33,870 nucleotides of DNA. Origin: a virus (lineage: Duplodnaviria > Caudoviricetes). Made by a program: the position numbers and the translations under genes. This document shows, in pieces, positions 27,386 through 33,870 of the stretch. Under the pieces are notes generated by a model. The model saw only the letters and a list, made by a program, of their open reading frames with translations. It made no database searches and was not told the DNA's origin. How positions within the stretch are numbered: position 1 is the stretch's first letter; the number at the start of each line of letters is the position of its first letter. Where the stretch lies: positions 1 through 33,870 of IMG/VR virus record IMGVR_UViG_3300030207_001146. The stretch is one strand, 5' to 3'.

Positions 27386-28906
27386 TTACTTCATTAACAT
27401 AAAGTTGTTAGCACCTTGTACTATTAAACATCTTTCAGTTAAAAAGTGTAACTGCATTGCATCTAGCGCTGATGTAGCAGCTCCAACTGAACCAGTAGTC
27501 CAAGTCTTCATTCTTCTATCATCAGTTGCAGAAGCTCTGTATCTAACGTGTAAGAAAGGTCTCTTTAAGTTTTTACCTAATTGTTGGTCATAAACTGTAG
27601 AAACACCAGCTGGAATCATAACACCTCTAATTGCGTTAGAACCAGCAGCATCGTTAATACCACCTCTTGTAGCTTTATCATTTAAGTATCTAAAGTCAGA
27701 CTTGTAGAAGTCATAAGAACCTCTTCTAAAACCTGAAAAACCTAAATTTAACGCCATATCTTCGTCGTTGTTGAACACTCCATAAGAAGTACCACCAGCT
27801 CCGTAAGAATTCATTGAAGCAAGCATGTCGTCCATTGCTAAACTAGTAGCTCTGTTTACAAACATCATATATTCTTCAATAGCGCCTTGCTTATCAAACT
27901 CAGCTAGTATAAGATCAAACTCAGCTAAATCAGTAGCAGCGTTAACACCAGTAACACCGGATGTAACATTACCTCTTTTAGTTATAGCTGAAAATAAACC
28001 TTCAGTACCAACTTTGTTATCACCGTCACCTGGATTACCAAGAACAGCATTAGTATCAAGAGCTGAAGCCGATAAGTTTAGCTCCGATTCTAGCATAGAC
28101 ATTTCTATATAATCGTTAAACCTAGCTCTAGTATCAGACTCTGCTTTTAAATACCATAAATAACCACCTTGTCCTTGCTCAGATGTAACTTCTACCCAAC
28201 CAATTCTTGAAGCGTCTGATCCAGATACTTCGTAGTAATCTTTCATAATAATTGGTTTATTGCTAAAAGTTTTAAAGTCTGGTTCATTAGCTCCTCTTGA
28301 ATCAGTAGCAGCTGGTGAAGCAGCGGTAGTGTTATAACTTACCCCTTTACCAAACTCAGAACCATAAACTAAAACAGTAGCGCCTAAAGCAGCTGAACTT
28401 GATCCAGCTCCAGCGGACATGTTAGCAGCGTCATAAGGTAATACAGTTAATAAATCTTTATCTGAGCCGTCCATTGCTGTAACAACACATCTGTTTACAC
28501 CAGAAGATGTAGCAATAAGAACAGTATCGTTAACTCTAATACCATGCTTAGCTATTGTAGCTCCTGATCCAGAAATACCGTTTGTAGTATCTTCATTGTT
28601 GCCATCAATATCTGATTGAATTTGTATTGTTGTAGAAGTTTTTATCTCTGCTTTATAAGATAAATGTAATCTTCCTTGTTCCGACCAAATAACTTGATCT
28701 GAGGTCATTGCCTCTTCTGCACCGACTTGTGATAAGAAACCAGAGATCGTTCTTGGTCCGAAAACCTCAGCTTCTTTTTCCATTAAGTCTGGCAGGTATT
28801 GTTGAGCCCAACCCATATCTGTGTTGAAGTCAAGATAGTTTGTGTTTAGTGCTTGCTGCTGTGGGGCAGGTACACTATTCAAACTAGCTCCATTTGTAAT
28901 TGCCAT
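27386..28906 (-). CDS. Major capsid protein, crAss-like (506 aa)
   Basis: Position after portal and scaffold; E-loop-like IWSEQGRLH and GTEGLF motifs; strong terminator immediately downstream. Confidence 0.85.
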   Translation of the reverse strand: MAITNGASLNSVPAPQQQALNTNYLDFNTDMGWAQQYLPDLMEKEAEVFGPRTISGFLSQVGAEEAMTSDQVIWSEQGRLHLSYKAEIKTSTTIQIQSDIDGNNEDTTNGISGSGATIAKHGIRVNDTVLIATSSGVNRCVVTAMDGSDKDLLTVLPYDAANMSAGAGSSSAALGATVLVYGSEFGKGVSYNTTAASPAATDSRGANEPDFKTFSNKPIIMKDYYEVSGSDASRIGWVEVTSEQGQGGYLWYLKAESDTRARFNDYIEMSMLESELNLSASALDTNAVLGNPGDGDNKVGTEGLFSAITKRGNVTSGVTGVNAATDLAEFDLILAEFDKQGAIEEYMMFVNRATSLAMDDMLASMNSYGAGGTSYGVFNNDEDMALNLGFSGFRRGSYDFYKSDFRYLNDKATRGGINDAAGSNAIRGVMIPAGVSTVYDQQLGKNLKRPFLHVRYRASATDDRRMKTWTTGSVGAATSALDAMQLHFLTERCLIVQGANNFMLMK

Positions 28907-28926
28907 AATATATTCTTTTTAAATTA

Positions 28927-30102
28927 TTAATTTCGTTTTCTAATTTTAAAAGATCTGTTTTTAATATCAGAAGAAGATTGACCTAAAACCCTATACTTGA
29001 CACCCCCAACATTAGTTTCGCCGTGCGTTTTTCTAGGTTCTAAATTAATATTTTTATCTTTAGCAATTTGACCTTTAATAGCATCTGCCTTGCCTTGTTC
29101 ATAAAAATGTTTAGCAATAGCATCTGCGTTCATAGCCGTATATAAAGATTTATGATAACCTGCCGCGTCATCAATAGTTGTTTTATCTTCACCAACAAAC
29201 TTGTTGATAAAATTATTGATATCGCTTTGAGTTGTTTTTACTTTATCTACATCTTTAACATTAAACCTGTATTTTTTATCTCCGACATTGTATTCAAAAC
29301 CTTTGAAATCTTGTCCAAAGAAACTTTCAGTTTTATTTAAAAATGTTCTTTTGCTTTTTTCAGATAATTTCTTCTGAGCTACAGAATCTTCGTTGTATTT
29401 GTTGTAGAAATTAATTGCTTCTTGCTGTTCAGTTGTTAACTTAGAGCCAGCTTTAATTTCTTCATAGTATTTAGACTTTTGCCCGTCTAAGTAGGCTTTA
29501 GCCTCGGCAACTTGCTCTTTGAGGGCTATTTTCTTTTTACGTTTAGTTTTGTCATCATCAATTTCTTCATCGACACCAAACGTGTCTTCTAATAAAAAGT
29601 TTCTTTCTTCACTATTTAAATGAGACTTAGTCATTCTGTAGTACTCATCTAAAACGTCAGTGTCATCCATTTTTGAAACGTCTCTATTTAAATTTACATA
29701 ATCGTTTAAATCACCACCTGTTTCATCCATAAACTCTACTAGTTTTTGAACAGATTCTGGTAATGGTTTACCAGTTGTTTGTGATTCTGTTATCGCTTCT
29801 TCAACGGCCTCTTTAACTTCCTCTACTTTCTCTTCGTTAGTAACTTCTTCCATTGCTGGCTGTTCAGCTATCTCTTCAATAGGCTTTTCGTCTACGTTTG
29901 CTTTTACAACATCTTCCTCTTTTTTTGCTTGAGGAGCTTTATCTAAATCTATTTTAATAACATCTGGATCGCCAGCGCTATCAAACTTAGATTCATCTAT
30001 TTCTTCTACAACCTCTTCAATAGATTGCTCTTGATTTTCTTCTGTTGTTTCTTCAACAGAGTCAGTTGTTTCTTCAACAACTTCTTCGTTTAGTTCTTCC
30101 AT
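28927..30102 (-). CDS. Putative capsid scaffolding protein (391 aa)
   Basis: Very acidic low-complexity N-terminus, helical/coiled-coil body and basic C-terminus; lies between portal and MCP. Confidence 0.65.
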   Translation of the reverse strand: MEELNEEVVEETTDSVEETTEENQEQSIEEVVEEIDESKFDSAGDPDVIKIDLDKAPQAKKEEDVVKANVDEKPIEEIAEQPAMEEVTNEEKVEEVKEAVEEAITESQTTGKPLPESVQKLVEFMDETGGDLNDYVNLNRDVSKMDDTDVLDEYYRMTKSHLNSEERNFLLEDTFGVDEEIDDDKTKRKKKIALKEQVAEAKAYLDGQKSKYYEEIKAGSKLTTEQQEAINFYNKYNEDSVAQKKLSEKSKRTFLNKTESFFGQDFKGFEYNVGDKKYRFNVKDVDKVKTTQSDINNFINKFVGEDKTTIDDAAGYHKSLYTAMNADAIAKHFYEQGKADAIKGQIAKDKNINLEPRKTHGETNVGGVKYRVLGQSSSDIKNRSFKIRKRN

Positions 30103-30128
30103 AATAAAATTTTATAAAATATTAAAAA

Positions 30129-32534
30129 TTAGAGACCGAACGTTTCCATGCCCGCATCTCCGCTAAGTATATCATTACCCGATGACTCAAATGTTTTAAT
30201 TGATTCACCATCAGTTTTTTGTGTATTCTTTTTATCAATCATTTGCATTTGCCCTTGAGTTTGCATATTAACTCTTTGATCTCTTCTATCTTCTCTCATA
30301 GCCTCTATTTTATTATTAGTTTGTTGTTTCATAGATTCTAATTTAGAGTTTAGTTGAAATTCAAATTGCATTAACTCCTTCTTTGACTCAACCTCTTGTT
30401 GCAAGTATTGTATTTTTAATTGATTTCTTGTTTGCTCAAGTTGAGCTTCTGTCTGTGCGCTTGCTTGCTGCTTCTGTATTTCAGCTTGTGCCGCAGCTTG
30501 CTGTGCTTGTTGATTTGCTTGAGACTGCGCTTGAATATTTTCTTGCTGCATTTTTTGGTCTCTTTGTATTTTCTTTTTTCTTTTTACTTTTAATAATTGA
30601 TTAGCAAGTTTTATATTTCTTACATTACGTAAATCAATAGCATCATCTAAGTCTATTGACTGCTGTTGTAGCGCTGCTTGTATATTATTTTCAAGTAATT
30701 GTTTTTCTTCTTCATCTGGCATTAATTCTATAAATATACCAAAGTCATACAGATGTAAATTTTTCATTTCATCTAATGTTGCTACGTTGTGAGCGCCTAA
30801 CGCTCTAATAAAAGCATCTTTTGTTGGTGAGTATTCTATTATATCAGCTATACGTAGCGATAAACACTCTGCTACCTCAGCTGTTATAAATAACATAGAC
30901 TGTAATATATGTCTTGTTGCTGTATTAGAATTAGCGGCTGCTATTTTTTGTACACCAACTAAAGCATTACGATCAGGCGTGCTAGCATCTCTCGCTTCAT
31001 TTAATCCAGTTACATCTCTTATCATTTGTAAATAATAGTTGTAAGTTGAAATTAAACTTTGTAGTTTACCGCTATTTACACCATTACTTATTTGCTGTAT
31101 TGGAACTTTACCAGGATTCATGTCACCTTCAGACGTGAAACTTCTACCTATAACACTACCAGTTTGAAAGAACATGTTAAGTGCTTCTTGTGGATTATAG
31201 TTTGTTCCGTTACCTAAATCTATTTCAGCTAAACCATCTGCGTCCATATAAACACCATCAGGTACCATACGTGACATTACTTGTTGTAACTTTAAATGAG
31301 TTAGCTGTATCATATCAGCAAAGCTAGTTATTCTACCAACTAAACTTTCTATTCTACCCTCGTATAGTCTAGGCGCGACTATTTGATAATTCATTTTAAC
31401 TCTTGAAAAATCAGAATCAGTACGCATCATATTGTCGCACATCTTCCAAGTTAATATTTTATCAGCGCCAATTATATAAACACCTTCGTACAAAACCTCA
31501 ACAACTCTTTCTAACTTTTCAAAATTACCATCCATGCTTTCTGCGGGCGGATTAAATGTATCATCTTTTTCTATAATTTTTTCAGCGCCACTACCAACCT
31601 TCTTTAACTTGTAAACGTCGTTCATATGAGTTTTATAATTAAAATACAAAACATTAACTTTGTTTTTATCTCTATTAGCAACGTAATCTATTGGATAAGC
31701 ATATTTATCTACTAAATCTTTTATTTCTTCTTCTGATAATTGTGGAAATTGTTTTACTAACTCATTTATAGGTAATTCTTTTACTTCACCAACATAGTAT
31801 ACATCATCGAAATATGGTGACTCTGTATGAGAATACACTAAATCAGCTGGATCAACATACTCAGCTTTAGCTCCATTGCTAAAATCAAATGTAGTTTTTG
31901 TTGCACCTATACCTAAAACAGTTAGATCATATAAACATCTTCTTCTTATTAGATCATAATCACTGCCTTCCATTAAAACGTTTAAAGCTTGCTCTTCAGC
32001 CAACTCTACGGCTTGCTTGTAATTTAACTGCATGTGTAACGCTAGCTCTTCTTTTGTATCTGGTAAAGTATCGGGATCGTTTTCATAAAGATCTATATCA
32101 AACTGTTCTTTAACCATATCAGTATAGTCTCTAGATTCCATATCCCTTATCATAGACTCCATATACTCTGTTCTTTTACTAACTCCATAAGCATCTTGAG
32201 AAAAACAATTTATTTCGTAATTTCTTTGTGCCATACCATTTACTACAATATCAACAAACTTAGGTATAATAGGTACTGGTTTCCAGTCTAAATTTAAATA
32301 AGATAAATCACCATTTATAGATAATTCATTTTTATACTTTTGTATAGGCTGCTCTCCCCTTGCGTATAGTCTTAATGTGTGAAAATTATTTTTGTGACTA
32401 TTATATTTAGATGTGGCTCCAGAAAACCATTCGTGTCTTATAGCTCTTGCTACTTTTAAACCGTATTCTTCGCTAAGTTTTTCTAAATCGCTAACAGCTT
32501 GTGATGGAAAGTGTATAGAGTGTTCTGATCTCAT
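30129..32534 (-). CDS. Portal protein (801 aa)
   Basis: Directly after the terminase (ATGA overlap); motifs PIIPKFVDIVVNG and IRDVTGLNEARDAS; long Gln-rich C-terminal coiled coil like the P22 portal barrel. Confidence 0.85.
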   Translation of the reverse strand: MRSEHSIHFPSQAVSDLEKLSEEYGLKVARAIRHEWFSGATSKYNSHKNNFHTLRLYARGEQPIQKYKNELSINGDLSYLNLDWKPVPIIPKFVDIVVNGMAQRNYEINCFSQDAYGVSKRTEYMESMIRDMESRDYTDMVKEQFDIDLYENDPDTLPDTKEELALHMQLNYKQAVELAEEQALNVLMEGSDYDLIRRRCLYDLTVLGIGATKTTFDFSNGAKAEYVDPADLVYSHTESPYFDDVYYVGEVKELPINELVKQFPQLSEEEIKDLVDKYAYPIDYVANRDKNKVNVLYFNYKTHMNDVYKLKKVGSGAEKIIEKDDTFNPPAESMDGNFEKLERVVEVLYEGVYIIGADKILTWKMCDNMMRTDSDFSRVKMNYQIVAPRLYEGRIESLVGRITSFADMIQLTHLKLQQVMSRMVPDGVYMDADGLAEIDLGNGTNYNPQEALNMFFQTGSVIGRSFTSEGDMNPGKVPIQQISNGVNSGKLQSLISTYNYYLQMIRDVTGLNEARDASTPDRNALVGVQKIAAANSNTATRHILQSMLFITAEVAECLSLRIADIIEYSPTKDAFIRALGAHNVATLDEMKNLHLYDFGIFIELMPDEEEKQLLENNIQAALQQQSIDLDDAIDLRNVRNIKLANQLLKVKRKKKIQRDQKMQQENIQAQSQANQQAQQAAAQAEIQKQQASAQTEAQLEQTRNQLKIQYLQQEVESKKELMQFEFQLNSKLESMKQQTNNKIEAMREDRRDQRVNMQTQGQMQMIDKKNTQKTDGESIKTFESSGNDILSGDAGMETFGL

Positions 32535-33868
32535 ATTTTATTTTTAATTATCTGTGATGAAAATCCTTTGTTATTATATTTTGATATATTTAAATTTAAT
32601 GGTTCTCTTTTTTGTTTTGGATTAGGTCGATATAAATGTCTATTGCAGGCCATTACCGCTAACCCAGAACTTATTGAAGCATCGTGCTTTGTTCTTCTGT
32701 TTATATCAAACTTAGACCAATCATTTAATGTTTCGTTAAAATACATAGTTCCATAAGTCCCGTCTTTTAATAAACCAACATGATCATTAATATACATTTC
32801 AATAGCTGCGGCATGAGCTTGTTTTATATCTTCACTAGAGTTTGGTATACCACCAACTTCTTTTTCTGCTGTTGATAATTTATTCCAAACTTTGTCTGGT
32901 CTGTTCATGCTAAACGCTCTATATCCTCTTCTTCTTAAATAATATAATAATCTTGGCTTGTTATTTTCTGCAAGTAAAGGCATGCCATAAAAAACCAATG
33001 CCATTAAAACATCTTCAAAAAATATCTCAGCCGTTTGTGGTCTTGCTATGTATTCAAGAAAAAAAGTATTTGCTGGTGCGTCTTCCATTGAAAACTTTGT
33101 TAACCCATGCAGAGCACCTTTTGATCCTCGTTTATCTACTGTTCCAGATATATCGTATGAGTCACAACCAAACGCGCCCATATGTTCGTTACCTGGATAT
33201 CGTACGCCATTTTTTAAAATAACGTTATTTTGTAATTTATCTCCTGGCACCCAGCTTATATTAAATCTACCACCAGGATCTGGATTAAAAGTAACTAGCG
33301 TGTCCTTTTTACCGTTTAACCATTGAAAGTTACCAGTTGTTATTACTGAAGAGTTTCTATTACCTTCGTTATAGTCTATTTGTTCGTATATCTTTATAAG
33401 ATTAAATAAACTATTTTTTGTTTCATCTCTAAACGCATGCTCTTCAGTTCTAGGAAACTGACGGTAAAATTCGTTTAAAGCGTCTTGATCATCTTTTAAA
33501 CCTTCAGCCTCATTTTCCCAATGATCTATAACGCCTTGATCTATCTCTAAGCCTTGAGGATCAATTGATGGTTTGCTAGGAGTGTTAAATACGGGTTGTC
33601 CAAATTCATCAATAAATCCTTCATAGTTCCATTCCATAGGGATAAACAAAGAATATAATCCTGACTTAGTCTGTCCATTACGATTTCTTTTTGTAACATC
33701 TGAATTGTTATATAGATTTTTAAAGTTATCACCACCCTTGTCAAGCGAGTTGCTAGTGCTACCCATCATACATTTACCTACAACTCTACTACCTAACCTT
33801 AGACAGGTTTTTGTAACCCTCCAATTATTTCTTATGTTATCAGGTCTTTCCCACTTACCACTTTCATC
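32531..33868 (-). CDS. terL: Terminase large subunit, 5'-truncated by the window edge
   Basis: Frame stays open to the edge (DESGKWERPDNIRNNWRVTKTCLRLGSRVVGKCMMGSTSN), giving the Walker B DE and the coupling motif; RNase H-like nuclease motifs FGCDSYD, AENN and HDASISSG. Confidence 0.9.
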   Translation of the reverse strand, partial: DESGKWERPDNIRNNWRVTKTCLRLGSRVVGKCMMGSTSNSLDKGGDNFKNLYNNSDVTKRNRNGQTKSGLYSLFIPMEWNYEGFIDEFGQPVFNTPSKPSIDPQGLEIDQGVIDHWENEAEGLKDDQDALNEFYRQFPRTEEHAFRDETKNSLFNLIKIYEQIDYNEGNRNSSVITTGNFQWLNGKKDTLVTFNPDPGGRFNISWVPGDKLQNNVILKNGVRYPGNEHMGAFGCDSYDISGTVDKRGSKGALHGLTKFSMEDAPANTFFLEYIARPQTAEIFFEDVLMALVFYGMPLLAENNKPRLLYYLRRRGYRAFSMNRPDKVWNKLSTAEKEVGGIPNSSEDIKQAHAAAIEMYINDHVGLLKDGTYGTMYFNETLNDWSKFDINRRTKHDASISSGLAVMACNRHLYRPNPKQKREPLNLNISKYNNKGFSSQIIKNKI

Positions 33869-33870
33869 AT

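Noticed and set aside
952-33326. Numerous short plus-strand ORFs (60-101 aa), plus the two nested minus-strand ORFs at 613-828 and 33547-33744
   Set aside because: They overlap long coherent minus-strand genes and show no recognisable motifs; best explained as shadow ORFs
33767-33870. Met at 33769 as the terminase start
   Set aside because: The frame remains open to the window edge and includes the Walker B residues; the true start lies outside the window
1-33870. Stop-codon reassignment, as in some crAss-like phages; tRNA or other RNA genes
   Set aside because: Genes up to 10 kb are uninterrupted in the standard code with near-complete coding density; intergenic gaps are short and explained by terminators and leaders

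Overview
AT-rich fragment of a tailed dsDNA phage genome. All credible genes lie on the minus strand and form one virion morphogenesis region of a crAss-like (Crassvirales-related) podovirus that probably infects Bacteroidota/Flavobacteria. Read in transcription order (right to left): terminase large subunit (5'-truncated), portal, scaffold-like protein, major capsid protein, a conserved structural gene, two putative ring/tubular tail proteins, a 2145-aa tail stabilization (muzzle/gp10-like) protein plus two beta-rich tail ORFs, two putative ejection proteins, a 3428-aa multidomain protein, a 59-aa ORF missing from the ORF track, a fibre-like protein, a small beta protein, a YkuD-like cysteine peptidase and a signal-peptide-bearing putative outer-membrane beta-barrel. 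The best candidate for a new system is the 3428-aa protein. It carries Gly-rich hydrophobic segments, an HExxH zincin motif, a sigma70-region-2-like stretch, an HNH-like motif, a P-loop kinase nested inside a HAD phosphatase, and two C-terminal CCCH knuckles. A short recurring [KR]xS[SAE]K motif falls at several apparent domain junctions, which suggests an injected, self-processing effector polyprotein. A 21-nt TATAAT-containing palindromic motif occurs twice identically, plus once degenerately, before genes. All family assignments come from motif recognition and gene order by eye; no database search was run.
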